From positions 558,001 through 622,000 of the forward strand of contig LSRY02000033.1 of the NCBI GenBank assembly GCA_001643675.2: a stretch of 64,000 bases of DNA, written 5' to 3'. Position numbers and translations under genes: made by a program. The stretch is from Monocercomonoides exilis PA203. Lineage: Eukaryota; Protista; Preaxostyla. Below, piece after piece: positions 50,222 to 64,000 of this stretch. Under the pieces are notes generated by a model, which was not told the DNA's origin, made no database searches, and saw nothing but the letters and a program-made list of their open reading frames with translations. Each line of letters starts with the position of its first letter. Positions within the stretch are counted from its first letter, which is position 1.

Positions 50222-53200
50222 TTAATTCTCCTTGTACGGAAGCCCCATTCTCGACTTTAAAACTAACTGGGTGCGTTGTTTTTCATCACTCACTCCTAAT
50301 CCTGTTTCGCATGCAATTCTTTTTGAGATAATGTTGATTCGTTGAATGAGTGTCAGATGAAGCTTTTGGGACTGATATGCATCTGAAAGAAGATGCAATG
50401 GAATTGTACATAGCACATTGATCAATTGCAAAAGATAAAAATTGAAATTCACCAAATGAATGGAATTGTTCTGATGATGCAAAGGGAAAGTTGGTGCAAG
50501 AATTTTGTTCAGATGCGAGAGAATTGACGGATGAGGCTTCAAACGCAGGATTTTTCCTGTAAGAAACAGAAGGAAAGAAAAGTACTTGGGAAGATATTCA
50601 GAAGCAAATGATGAAGAAAGTAAAGTCACAAAATGACTTAAAACAGCTCGAACTGTCTCTTCCAGCTCGGGCCACGCAAACAAACTCAAGAAAGTTGAAG
50701 GTTCGTCCAATGCAGATGGCGGCGAGGAATGCAAAAACGAATTCTCGGAAACAAGATGAAATAGCAAAGAAAATCCAAGTCTAGAAGTTCTGAGGAGACG
50801 GAGCGTGCTAAGATCAGAGCTGGAATATGCAAATTCAGAATTTGTATGTCGAGAATTTCCTTGCAACTGCAAAACATTAGATGATTGACATGTAGAAAGT
50901 TCACTCTTTGAGGAAGAATTGAGGGATATAGAAAGTGGAGAACGAGCCAGTGATATGAGAGACTTGAAAGTAGAAGCAAGAAAGTGATAAGAGCGAGATT
51001 CTGGATCAAGTGGAACAATTGCTGGCACATGAGTAGATTGGATCAGCTGTTGGCAGCGCTTTGTTTGTGTGCAGCCAAATGAGGCGCTGCACAACGTTTG
51101 CTGAATCAACGAGGATAGCATAAATGATTGAATGTTCTGGATTTCCCACCAAATTGAAGAAAAAGTTGAGACTTTATTGTGCACCATAAAGAGAGGAAGT
51201 AGATTTAGTGGTAGAGGTTGGAATAAGAATAGCCCTTCTGATTTGTTAGGAACCTGAGTAAATATCAATTTGCCTTGCTGTTCTGGTCGAACTGCTTTTG
51301 GCATATAATCAACTGAATTCACAGCCCTCATGATTTTCCTATTCCCTTCGTCGTTTTTCTCTTGTTGCAAATACTTTCCGTCTGTTGAATTTTCTGTTTG
51401 CCCTTTTTCGGACATATTAGAATCTAGCTGTTTATTGGTTGATTCATTTCGTGTTGCATTATCATATGACTGGCTTTGCTGTACGACAAAGTTTGTTGAC
51501 AGTCCAGCTGTGCACATTGCTTCAGTCGTTTTTTCAGCCTGAGAAGTATTATGAACAGGAGATTCGAGAATACGAGAGCTGCGATGTGGAGATTCATGTG
51601 GAGATAAGAGTTGAGGGGTTGATGGCAAAGAAACAGGAGAGGCGAACGATTTTCTTTCCTCAAGCTGAGTTGTGGATGAAGCGCGATCAAGTGGTGGACG
51701 ATCTGATGAAAACGGAGTTGTTATTGAGTCTACAGGAGAATCTGTACCATGATGAGGCATCGAAGGTGAGTTAGCGTCTGGAGTAAACAGTGCTTTGGTT
51801 GGTGTAGTTGATCGTGGGGATGCAGACAGAGGTGAAAGAGGCGTTTGAAAAGAAGAAGGTGAATCCGAAGAAGGAGATTGAGAATATTGAGGTAAGGATA
51901 AAGGAGCAGGAGACTTTGATAATGATAATGTTCTGTCTAATTTTGCATCCTTACTTTCTTGATATTCGGGAACAGAAATAAATGTGTACGACTGCTGCAG
52001 AAAGGTAATTTGTTCGGAATTTTCTGGTTGTTCGTATGTGTTATGCTGCAGTGTTGGAGTTGGTGGTGTGGGCGGCAATTCACTGAATGGCTCAGCAAAT
52101 TGAAGTTGTTCATCATCAGATAAATCGTTGAGAAGCTCATCCTCATCGTCTTCTATCCATTCCGGTTCGTTCTGCGCAGAGCTTTCTGACTTGTTAGATT
52201 TTCTGCACATTTCAGAAGCATCAGGAATCAAAGAGGATTCTGTTGCATCACAGTTTGAGTTTGCATTATCATGATGCAATCTCCTGTGAAGATAAGCTCT
52301 AAGTGAATTGTGCTCATTTCTCATTTGCTTGAAGAACATACTTTCAAAATCAATGATAATGCGAGGCTTTTTTTGTTCTCTGTCTATACCGCTTTGATCA
52401 TTGTCAAAAACGTTGCGAGACTGTCTTTCTCGGAGCATCCTTCTTTTTTGCTTTCTGATAATTATCTTTCCGTTTTCAAACAGTCGATGCGTCTCTCGTA
52501 ACAATGCAACTTCTTGTGATTCTTCACAATCTTCGAAAATATTAATCTGTTGCTTCGGCTGAAAATATGCAATTCGTTTTTTAATAACATCATTCACCGA
52601 GCCTGCAGGTGCAGATGGTTCAGAAAAAGAAGGCAATTTCGGAGAAGGTTGAATCTGCGGAGAAGTAAAGGCAGACAAAGAAGCTGTTGGCCATCCGTGG
52701 GTAGGAGTGGCAAGAGATGTGCTTGACTCACTCTGGAATGTGTATGTTGTCTTGCGAGGGAAATGATATTGAATAAGCTTGTGCGACAAGATTTCATAGA
52801 GCGTTGAAGCAATAAGGGGAAACACCAAATCGAAAAAGGTTGATCTATTTTGACGAAGTGTTGTTTGATTGGACTTTGTTAGCTGAGGCCAGAGCGAATT
52901 AATAATAGTGGAAGAATTCGAAAGAAGCATATTCTCGAGATTGGATTCATTTGCTACAGAAAGATTAGACAAGCACAAATCATAAATTATTCTTCTTAGA
53001 GATGTTGTGATGGCAGAAATTGCAGGACCACACAATGGATGATGTGGGCAAGAGATGAACTCTTTTACTCTACAAAATACGTGGCAGTGCATTGTTGTCA
53101 GCAAAGAGAGAGGAGCAAAAGTGAAGAGTGCAGCCAGCACTTCCAAGCAACGTGCAAGAAACTTGGTAGCAACCAAAAAGTGTGCGAGAAATAGATGGCA

Positions 53201-56200
53201 TTCGAGATGGACAAAAGAATATTGATTAGACTCGATGAAAAGACAGGTGATTGGAGATTTGGTGGATGCTCCCTTTGTTGAAAGAATAGACGAAGCAAGA
53301 GCATCAGCAATAACATGGCTTGTGGATGTTTGAGCAGGAGATTTAACAGAGTTGCGTGCTGACGTTGCTGCTGATCCTTCTGTTTTAACTTCGTCAGATT
53401 TTGGTTTTTCAGGTTCTTGAGCATCAGCTTCATTGCTTGATACACATGCTTTATTCTGCATATTGTCTTGTTTCTCAGAGGCTGCTTTCTTCGACGTAAT
53501 CAGTTCCCATTCAGTCCGTGTGTGCCACGCTTCCAGCGACTTGTAGGTTGATAGTCCAAAATCAAACAGTAAACAAAGACAGTCAAAAGCAGCACAAAAT
53601 ATTGAATGTGCGTCTTCTTCTGTTAGAGATGGTGAAAGCTGACCAAGCAGCTCAGAAGCTGGTAATGAGCGATCGGTATCTGCTCCCGAGTCAAAGAATT
53701 CGTTCCAATGGAAAAGATCTCTCCGGTTTGAAGATAGGTGGACAGATGCGGAGTGAGCATACAGAACAGAATATAGAATGATATGGAATGCAGCCATGTG
53801 AAGGAAAGGAAGCCTAATTTTTTGCGTTTCTGTCATAAACAAATGTGCTTGAAACTGCGGGATGTATCCAGCTGATGTTAGTGCTGGCCACAAAGAAGGT
53901 ACTTTGAATGATGAAGATGAAGGCGCTGATGCGGCTTCTGATGATTTGCCTGATAATGAGCCACTTTTAGTCATCTGACGAGCAAAATCAGATATGTTGC
54001 CTGGTTCGTAATTAAATGTAATCAAGTTCTCAGCCACAGCTGGAGAGGAACCGGTGACTGGATCAACATGAGTTGATGTCGGCTGAGTGTGTGTTGAATG
54101 CACAGGAGGAGACGGAGAAGGAGGCGGGGAACAAGCAGTTAATATGGGTGATGAATCTGGTGATGGGCAAATGACATTTTTAGGTTCGCTGCACATGAGT
54201 GTGACATAATGCAGCGGAGGAACAGCCATCGCTGTCAATGTTGAAATGCTCAAAATTTGAATGAGTCCATTGCAGCTCGTCAGCTTTGGATGCGGATGAG
54301 TCTTTTCCCAACTAAAATGCGTTTGGGCGGATGAACTTTGAGAGCTCTGATTGCCCTTGGGATTTTTATCAGAATCGTCGATTTCATTCTCATCATCAAT
54401 GATAATGGCATTTCCACAATTTTTCTTAGCTGCTTCTTGCTTTTCTTTGTTGTCAATATGAATATCTTTCAGAAAGTCATTGTCATCTTCTATTTCTTCG
54501 TCATCGTCATCAAAAATCGTATCGTTCTCTTCAATCCTCTTGTTTCTGTGCATCGCATCCGAAAATGCTTCTTGCTGATCACTAAGCAGAATAAACAGAG
54601 AAATGTTCCTGAATGCATGTGCCGATATAAACAGCATTGGATTGGCAAGTCCGTTTGACAGACGAGCAAATGGCAGACTAATTGAGTTTGGTGAATGTGT
54701 TGATGGATAGCTCAAAAGTGTAGAGCGAGGCACAAATTCATCTGGTGATGCAGAAGTGCGAGTGGAGAAGAAAGATTGCGTAAGATACCACGAAGGCAGA
54801 TGGGGAAGAGGAGAAGTCGTTGGAATAAGGCTTCGAGAATAGAAGCGCATTTGCTCAACATTTGAGTGAGGAGACGAAGAAGTGATGGTAACTGAGTTTT
54901 TGTTCAGAGCATGAGATATCGCTGGGGCGGAAAACAATGCAGCATTTTGACGATGCAAAGCTTTGGATGATTCCAGCGATGATGACGATGATGATGCAGA
55001 ATCTGATGAGATTGAATCCAAACGATCGAAATCTTCTTTCATTGTTGAACCTGCACAATCAGAACTTGTTAGGACAGATGGAGATTCTGGATCCTCATTA
55101 CAGTTGGGCTGAGTGTTTCCCTTTGAGCGGAGTGATTCAGCTATCATTGCCAATTCAAGTGCTTGCGGATGGCGAGGCGTCCACAGCAGAAGCAGAAAGA
55201 AAAGATGGATAGCTTTTTGATGGGTGATAGCACACAATGAACAAGACGGAGAGAGAAGAGGAAGAGCAGAAGTGCTGTTTCCTTTTAAGCAATGCACTTT
55301 TGATTGCGTTGCTTGCAAAGAATCAGAGGAAAAATCGGCAGAAGACTTTCGAGCAGAAGGGTCAAGTATGAGACAGCTGAATTCAGAGGGATCTGATTGA
55401 GATGGATCATTGCTATGAGAACTAGAAGTGGAAGATGCTTTGAATGTAGCATCTTTTTGCAATGTTAAAGCATTTGGATAAGGCAATGCTGGCATCGAAG
55501 CTGCCGAAGAAGAAGAAGAAGAAACAGAAGAAGCAGAAGAAGCCGAAATAGAAGCCAAATCAGTAAAATCGTGGTGCAACATGCTTTGAAACATATCTGA
55601 CAAGTGCACAATTGATTCAGAAGGAGACATGGCTGTGAAGGAAGACAGCGACGAGGCAGACACAACTGACCCGTCGTGCATACAACTCACACACGAACGC
55701 GAAAAGCCAGCGATGACATCCCATGCCATGTCCCACATCTGATGGCAGAAGCTGAAGAGGGCAGTGGGGAAATGAACAGTTGATGAGGTATTCACTGTGT
55801 TAGAAACAGAGTTATTAGTGTCTACAGTAACTAATTTGTATGGATCTTCTTGTTCACTCAAACTTTCGCTGTCATCATCCATTTTTGCTTCATTCTGCAA
55901 TAAGTCATCATGATTTATTTCTGCATTTAATTTGCTTTTTTCATTCAATTTCAAACTTTTCTGTGCTTTTCTCACCTCCTTCTTCATCTTCTTCCAGCTG
56001 GTGCACATAATCTTGTTCAGCACTTCAAACCCAGCCACTGCTACTTCCTCTGTCCCGTGGATCACCAGATTCAGCAGATACGACGTCAGTGCTGGCCGAA
56101 CAATGGCAGACAGCGTTTCGCTTGTCTGTGAATTGCTCTTAATGCTCTGCTGGCTCTGCTGCTCTTGCTCATCCAGACTTCTAGCTGATTCTGGTGTTGA

Positions 56201-59200
56201 GTCAGCAAACGACTGCACAAAATGTGATATCAGATCGATGACGATGTGTGTTACGAGCACAAGTGACTCTTCCCACTGTTTGTGTGGAGTGTTTCGTGAG
56301 TGGTGGACAAGCACCCCGCCGTCGTCGCTGGCGTTCTGCATGAGCGCTGCTGACTGCAAGCTGAGTGCCTTTGACGGGGCAGCAGATATGTGTGAAGCAA
56401 GAGCCATCTCCATCCACATCGCCTGGGCTGTGGGGATAAGAAAATCAGACACAGCAAGCGTGGCAAGCGACGAGGCAAAGAAAAACGCAGAGTGGGAAAT
56501 CAGCATGGATGAAAGAGTCAGAAGCGCAGATTCTCTCACTTCGATCCTCAGATCCAGTGCGAAGCCTGACAGATGCTCGAGAAGGAACGCAAGAGAAGAG
56601 ATGATTGCTGATCTTGTGTGGCAGTTGAGGCACTGCATGTCGTGTGTGTGGTTGTGGTGGAGCGAATGCTGAGCAGCAAATGAGGATGGCAGAGTGGCTG
56701 CATTTTGAGTGAAGATGGATGCGATGTCTTCGGCTGTTGGGTGCCTCATGTTCAGTCTGTAGTGGAATGCTCGTGTGGATAGCCAGCACAGCAGGCACAT
56801 TCCAGATGGCTTAGAGGCATCCTTCGCGGAAAGATCCAACTCATCCTTGATTTGAGCTTGGGGAACATAAAATCCTTCGGCAAATGCTTTTTCTTCGTTG
56901 CTCTTCCAAAAGCCTGAGAGAAGTTGAGATTCTTCTTCTTCGCAGTTCTTTAACAAATTCTTGTGTTCGTAATTATTTTCGTCCGAAGTTTCACTTTTCT
57001 GGCTACTTTCATCAGAAATCTGGTTAATTTGATGCTTTTCTTGAATCAGCTGCTTCAGCTTCTTTTCCCACTTGTAATGGATTTCGCCAATTCTGATAAG
57101 CACATCGCCGATCTGCCAAAGCAGTTCAATGGCGGAAAGTGCAATGTTCAGGCTGTCCTTCTGCTGAACAAAGAGAAGCAGGCAATGAAATGCCCTGATG
57201 GCACCAGAGAGTGAGAGAGAGGATGTGGAAATGGCAGAGTTCGTAGCATGAGATTCAGAGGAGACATAAGGTGTTTTGAGGACATAACAAGAAGAGAGAT
57301 AATTCTCAACAATGTTTCTTAAGATAGAAAAGTGGAGTTCTGTTGTGTGCAGCCTGCCTTCACACGGAGCGAGGCAGGACGAGTTGAGCACAACTGTCCA
57401 GTCGAGCTCGCTGCACAGGGAAAGGCCCCAGCAGCGGATGAACACCAGAAATGAATGAGATGCCCTGTCATTCACATCCTCAAAGGGAGAGGAAAGAAGA
57501 GAGACAAAGGAAGAGAGAAGCAGAGCAGCGTCTTTGTGGCTGAAGAATGTGGGAGGAGATGAGAGGAAGATTCCTGTGTGTTTGCCTGCTCCATCGACTT
57601 CTCCTTCATCGTTAAAGGAGGAGGATGAGGTGTATTGTGAAGAATACAAAATTTGCCAGTCTTCGTCTTCCTTTTCAGATTGTGAGTCTTCTGCTTCTTG
57701 AATGTCTCCATCATTGTTGTAATTACCTTCATTATCTGCTTCCTTCTTCTCGGCTAGCTGAGAAATGGAGATTGATGGCTGAGGAGAAGATGCACCATCG
57801 TTTCCTTCTTTTCCTTCTTCTTTGCTTTTCTGTTCTGTCTCTATACTTTCACCGCTAGCAGCATCTGTCTTTTCGCCATCAACAGTTTTAGATTCATTCG
57901 TTTTTGAATTGCCTTCCTCATCTTTGATAACCTCTGATTGCAATTTCGAAGCATCCGTCTCACTTTTTCTCGCCAAGCTTTCTTCCAACTTCCTTCTCTT
58001 TCTGAGCAACCTCCTCTTCGCCTTCTCTTCCATCTCGTGTGTCACCCACAGTATCATCGAGTGGTTAGCTTCGTATGCCAGCAGGAATGACAGAATGAGT
58101 GCATGGGCATCAACCGCAAGAGCACGCACAGCTGGTGCTGGAGAGACAGACAGGCGACTTAAGAGAGGGAGAACGATGGAGGAGAGGAAAGAGGATGAGC
58201 GGAAGATGTTCAGGCGGATGAGATCGAGAAAGTGGAGGAAGGGAAGAGCAGATGGGATGAAGGCGGAGCTGGTGGTGGAGATGGGGGTGTCTGGGAGAAG
58301 AAGAACTGGAGAGATCAAAGATGTTGATGGTGATGCTGCTAAAGGTGAAGATGTTGATGTATTTGTTGCTTCATTGGACGAAAATGGAGAATTCTGCGCT
58401 GATTGGTCAGATGATAGCAAAAGAGATGGAAGTTTGACTTTCTCGAGTGATGACTTAGATGAAGACATCTCTCCAACATTCCTGTAGCTTGACGTGTCTG
58501 CCAATGGATTGATCTTCATCAACGATGCATTCTGTTCTGTCTCATTCTGATTGAAAGAAGAAGCAGAAGCAGCAGTCGCAGCAGCAGTTAATGATTCATT
58601 GTTTGAAGACCCAACAGACAAACTATCCAAACCAGGCAAAGGTTTCAGCGACAGTCCGAAAGGCGGGTAAAGCGGATCGTTCTTCGGCTTTGTGGGATGT
58701 GGAGTGATAGCAGAATATAACACACTGATGGCGTGTGATGCATAGAAGGAGTCAGCAAAGAAGTGCGAAATGGCTTCTGGTGGGTGGATGGGCTGGGCGG
58801 TGGGGAGCATATTTGGGTAGTTGTGGAAGAGGCAGGACTGAACGGGGAGAAGAGAAGAGGGCTTAACATCAGCTGGGATGGAGGCAGGGAGGGCGATGCT
58901 TGACTGGTGAGAGGATGAGCGAGAGATCGAAGGGCGCATTGTTTGAGAGGTTAAGTTCTGTCTGCTGGAAGGGAAGGAAGAGGAGGATGTGATTGAAGAA
59001 GTAGAAGATAGTGAAGATAATGAAGAAGACGAGGATGAAGGAGAAGAGAAAGGAGAGGAAGCAGGCGATGGAGCAGTTGGAGTGTGGAAGTTTGAAGAAA
59101 ACGCTGAGCGAGGCAGTGTCATCGACTGCAAAAGAGGAGCATATGACTGAGAAGACGACAAGAGACCAGAATTGCTCTGTGAAAGCGGAAGCTGTGCGAT

Positions 59201-61999
59201 GGCTGCGCTGATTGAAGAGTCTTGTGTGCGCTGAGAGAGAAGAGAGGCAGAGGAGGAGAACGCAGAGTACTGCGGGTGGTTGATGGAGCAGAGATTGGCC
59301 TGTTTGATGGAAGCTTTGACGGCATAGCGGGAGAGCTTGAAGATGTCGTAGTCGACTACATAAGGGAAGAGGGAAGGGAGGAGCGTTGGGGAGGTGTAGG
59401 AGATGTTCTTTAAGGGGATGTACAAAGAGGAGGAAGAAGAAGAGGCATCTGAATGATATGAGGAAGATTGAGGGGAGCGAGAAGAAGATGTGATTGGGAT
59501 GGAGGAGTTGGAGGAATGCAATGAAGAAGAAGAAGAAGAAGAAGATGATGATGATGATGATAATGACAATGAAAATGAAGTTGAAGCAGAGGCAGATGCT
59601 GACGATAATGATGATGTTTGATTCAATGGAGTTGTTTGTGAAGCAGATGGCATATTGAATGGCTGGGGAGATGCAGATGGAGTGGCTGGCACCTGTTCTC
59701 CTTCACTTAGGGCAGAAATTGACTGCAGAGGCGGTGGAGAAGGAGAAGGAGACGATGATACAGAAGAAGAAGAAGAAGAAGATGATGATGATGATGATGA
59801 CATAGAAGAAGATCCCGATGCATTCAACCCAGACAGCAACGAAGCTGTTTGTGGGTCATTAGATGCAGAAGAAGAAGCATTGCTGAACTGCTGAGAAGGC
59901 TGCTGAGAGACGATGACTGGCTCGTCGCTGCTGTCCTTATCACCCAGGACGTCTCTGTCTAACTGAGCGATCTCTCCGATGGAAGGGTCCATTTTGGAGA
60001 GGGCGCTCTCAGCACACGCAGCCATCGCAGAGAAGAACATGAGGAAAGTGGGCAAGTCGAGCGACTGGCTGTGGCAGAGGAGCCAGGCGATGTGGGCGAG
60101 GACAACAACTGAGTCGTTGGCAATGGAGGAAGAAGAGGAAGAGGAAGAGGAAGAAGAGGAGGAGGAGGACGAAGAGGAGGAAGAGGATGATTGTGTTGAA
60201 GAGGAGGATGAGGATGAAGAAGAAGAAGAAGATGATGATGATGATGAAGACGATGACGCAAATAAAGATCCTGTGCTGTAATGTGACTGAAACTGGTAGG
60301 CAGGGACAGACACAGTGCTTGGCGACGAGGCAGACGGGTATGCGACATTTCCTGTTTTCAGATACAAATTGGACTCCAGCTCCATCAGCAGCACAACCAC
60401 CACATTCCATCCACTTTGAGATAAGCTCTGTGGATGGAATTGGAGAAGGTTGAAGAGACAGCTGAGGGCAGTCAAGTTGTTGCGTGTGACTGAGAAGTCA
60501 GCGAAGGCAACAGATGAGTTGGAAAGAGAGGCTAACGAGGCAGAGGAAGAGGAAGAAGAGGAGGAAGAAGAAGAAGAAGAGGATGAAGTGATGGCAGAGA
60601 TCAGCATGTTCACCGCCGCCTGCATCGAAATAAACGGCCCATTCTCTCTCTTCCACAAGCAAGTATTGTCTGCCTCACTCACATACAGAGCTTTGCCCAT
60701 CCTTCCGTCCCACAGAACATTCGGAGACAGGCTCAATCGCCAGCAGTTGGACAGCGGGTGTCTCAGGCGAAAAGAGGAAGGCAGAGCAAAAGCCGCGAGG
60801 GAGAACAGAGCAGAAGTGAGAGAGAGTTTCAAGTTTCTGATGCCGCAGCAGACGGAGAGGAGGTAGATGTTGACGAGGCAGCGTGTGTAGAGCTGGTCGT
60901 TGTGGTGGAGCGAGGCGAAGAGGGCGAGGTAGGTGAGGCCGTGGAGGAGAGGAGGGACAGAGCGGACGAGGAGCTCCTGGTCGAAGGAGAAAGAAGAGGC
61001 GAAGGGGGGATAGCTGGAAGGGAAGAAGGACTTGCGAAGGAAGCCCGATTGGAAGCCTGTTTGGGGAAGAGGGGGAGAAGGAGAAAGGGAAAGAGAAGAA
61101 GAGGAAGAGGATGATGATGATATGGGAGGAGAATAAGAAGAAGAAGAGGAATCTTGAAAAGAAGCAGAATCACTCTTTGAAGCAATTGGAGAAGAAGAAG
61201 AAGAAGAAAGAGAAGTCGAATTCTGCTTTTTGTGCAGTCTTCGAGAGAGAGAAGGGGCAGAAGCGACAGGAGAGAAGAAGAGCAAAGAGTCCGTGTTGTG
61301 TGAGTGCCCAGTGAGGCTGATGACGGTCAGAGTGTTTGTCAGCGCAAACAGCGCATCTGCTGCTGTTTTGACGACAACCTCTTCGTTTGCCTGCGAAGGG
61401 GAGGAAGGGTCGTAAGAGCGGGTGAGGTCTGGGTGTGTGGAGTCCTGTGTGGGCGAGGAGAGGAAAGAGGGGGAGACAGACGAGGCAGCAGTGGCAGTGG
61501 AGGAGAGGGAGATGCCGAGGGTGGGGGAGACGGTGGAGATGGTGAGCTTGTGCAGAGGGAGGTGGTGGAGCAGCGTGCGGGTGGGGGTGGAGATCAGCTC
61601 TAAAAAGAGGGAGGTGGGGAGGTGGGAAGGCGGGGGGATTGGAGAAGGATCGGAGTGGGTTGGAGGAATGAAAGAGGAGGAGAGAGATGAAGAGGGCAAT
61701 GAAGAGGAAGAAGATAATGATGATGATAATGATGATGTTGTTGTTGTAGACAATGTGTTTTTCTCATTGGAATGATAAGCATAAGCAAGAGAAGTTGTAA
61801 AAGAGGGGAAAATGGCACAGCTGTTCAGAATGACTTGTGGAGTGAGCGAAAGCAGCTGAGTTGGCAGCGGCTGAGGTGCTGTTGGGGCTGTTGGTGTAGC
61901 GAGAGGGTTTCTTTGAGAGGAAATCGAATCATTTCGCTGCAGCGAAGAAAGCATCCTGTTGGCATCAGCAGAAATATTCGGTTCTTCTTCTGCTTTCTC

Positions 62000-62042
<43 letters not shown>

Positions 62043-64000
62043 TCATTCATTTTATTCTCTTCTGCTTCATCATTTCCTTGTTTCTCTGCTTCATTTGAGC
62101 TTTTCTCATTCTTTCTCAATGAAAAATCACTGTTTTCCCCCTGAACTCCATTCGAGCTCACACGATACTCCATCTGTGGCGGATGAAGCGACTCAAACAG
62201 AACGAAGAAGGCTCTCAAAAGCGACGGGAAAGAGAGCAGCGACCGCACACACCGCAGCGCTATCCATCTCTCTTGTAAGCTGGGTGAATATGTGTAGGCA
62301 ACAATGCAGCAGAGCAAAGCTTCTGCCTCACAAGTAAGCAGGTCAGCAGCTTGCGTGATGAGGAGGAAACTCAGGTGGAAGACGTGGGACATCAGCAGCC
62401 CTGTCTCCTTGCAGGAGTCCTTTGGCAGCCCAGTTGGGTTGAAGAGGCGCTGAAGAAGAGCCATCGTCGGGGGAACAGGCACAGACGCAGCAAAGGCAGA
62501 GGAAGAGGACATGATAAGCTCGCCAGTCATGGCGAAGGCTGTTTCGAGGGAGTGGAGGGAGAGGAAGCGGCAGGAAGGGGCGATGGAGGCAGTGGACTCG
62601 GCAGAGAGGATGGATGAGGAGGAGAGGATGTGGGAGACGGTGGGGAGCTGAGGGGGAGGGAGAAGAGACTGAGGGGGGAATTCTGTGAGGATGAAGGGGA
62701 AGGGTACAGCGACGAGGGATTGTGAGGTGATCTGAGATGGAAGAGGAGAAGAGGAGGAGGAGGAGGAGGATAATGACAATGAAGAAGAAGAGGAGGAAGA
62801 AGACGAGGAGGAAGAAGAAGAAGACAAATCAGGAGAGAAGAAAGAGGCCGAAGTGGAAGAGGTGGAGATGGTCTGGGAGGTGTTTGAGTCGTCAGCATTG
62901 AATGTGCGCAGAGGGCGAGAGAGGAAGATGTCGCTGAGAGCAGCTGCAGTCAGTCGCCCGAAGAAAAGAGAGGACAGAGTGATGTGCGAAAACATCTGAT
63001 CTTCGTCGAACTGCGCATCAAGTGCCACGGGGGATATGCTGCGGAGACATGAGAGAGAAGAAGAGGAGGAAGAAGAAGAGGAGGAGGAGGAAGAAGAAGA
63101 AGAGGAGGAGGAAGAAGATGATGAAAAGGAAGGAGAAGAAGAAAAAGAAGCTCTTTTCTGTTTGAAAGATTCATCGTTGATAACAAGACATGATGATGCC
63201 TTTCCCCCCTTCGACACCAGATGGTACAGATTCAGCTGCGATGTCAGTCTTTCGAGTGGCTGCGGCGGAATCTGCAGAGGAGTCGAATTTCCATCATTCA
63301 TTGCACCTATTCCGATTCCAGTTGATGTTGATGAAACTGAAGATGATGCTGTTGATTGAGTCTGTGTCTGTGTCTGTGTTTGAGTGTTGTGTAGCTGCAT
63401 GTCTATCAGAATGGATGCTGTCTGCGCTGAAATGTCTGTCGAGGTCTGCTTCAGCCTCCGCCAGAAAGCAGGCGTGGTGCCGAGGCAGCTGAGCAAAAGA
63501 GGAGCTAGCTTTGTCTGCAGAAGCGCTACGAGATGCCGCCGGATGGGCGAGGAGCGAACAGCAGCAATGAAAGGAGGGGTGATGAAGCTCCGAAGAAGGT
63601 CCCAGCCGATGCTGCCTTTGAAGGGGGGTGCCTGGAAGAAGGGAGACAGGAACACAGGCGTGGAGGAGGAGGAGGAGGAGGAAAAAAGCATCGCTGCAAA
63701 GGCAAGCGGGTTGCTTGGAGAAGACTGAGAGACTGACTGTCTTCGGGTGATTTCCGAGCTTCCGCTGCCTCCTCCACCTCCGCCTCCGCCTCCGCTGCTG
63801 CCGTTACTTCCAGTCATAAGCGGGTACTTTCCAGCACACAGAAGATCCAGGATTTCAGACAGGAGGATGGCGCAGTTGCAGCCGGCGTCGCTGGCTGGAG
63901 AAGACGCAACGATTGGAACGGGCGATGGCGATGGCGGAACGTATGACTCTGTCTGCTGCTTGGAAATAGAAACAGATGGTGAAGATGAAGAGGAAGATGA
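50222..64000 (-). CDS. MON2: MON2/Ysl2-like protein (Sec7-less BIG/GBF relative), >4,590 aa, 5' end outside the window
   Basis: MON2 signature segments QQKDSLNIALSAIELLWQIGD, DLRIEVRESALLTL and VLVHHSRNTPHKQWEESLVL. The frame stays open from ATG 63817 to the window edge. Confidence 0.82.

Noticed and set aside
24265-63777. Dozens of short ORFs antisense or out-of-frame to TAF1, FKBP, BIG and MON2 (poly-E, poly-L, poly-K)
   Set aside because: They are shadow frames of Ser/Glu-rich codon runs with no independent domain signal.

Overview
Eukaryotic DNA with short GT-AG introns, AT-rich intergenic DNA, the standard genetic code and very large Ser-rich proteins. The style resembles an oxymonad/metamonad protist such as Monocercomonoides; this is inference only. 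Left part (1-17 kb): the 3' end of a kinase-like (probably pseudokinase) gene, an intronless divergent eEF2 paralog whose diphthamide His is replaced by Arg, an IQCH-like pseudogene, and a nest of DNA-transposon derivatives that the ORF track does not show. The nest comprises a 4.6-kb hAT-type element (14-bp TIRs, 8-bp TSD, subterminal repeats, no recognisable transposase), two 248-bp palindromic MITE-like elements with co-varying arms, an older palindrome split by the hAT insertion, and a 759-bp near-perfect foldback. Right part (17-64 kb): compact spliced housekeeping genes. These are a Kelch+PSI type I membrane protein with a LAMP-like tail, a UIM + DCX/KHA-like protein, Cgr1/CCDC86-like, a ~4,800-aa TAF1, FKBP-TPR, a BIG/Sec7 ArfGEF and a 5'-truncated MON2 lying tail-to-tail with it. 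Most short ORFs in the track are antisense or shadow frames of low-complexity tracts.
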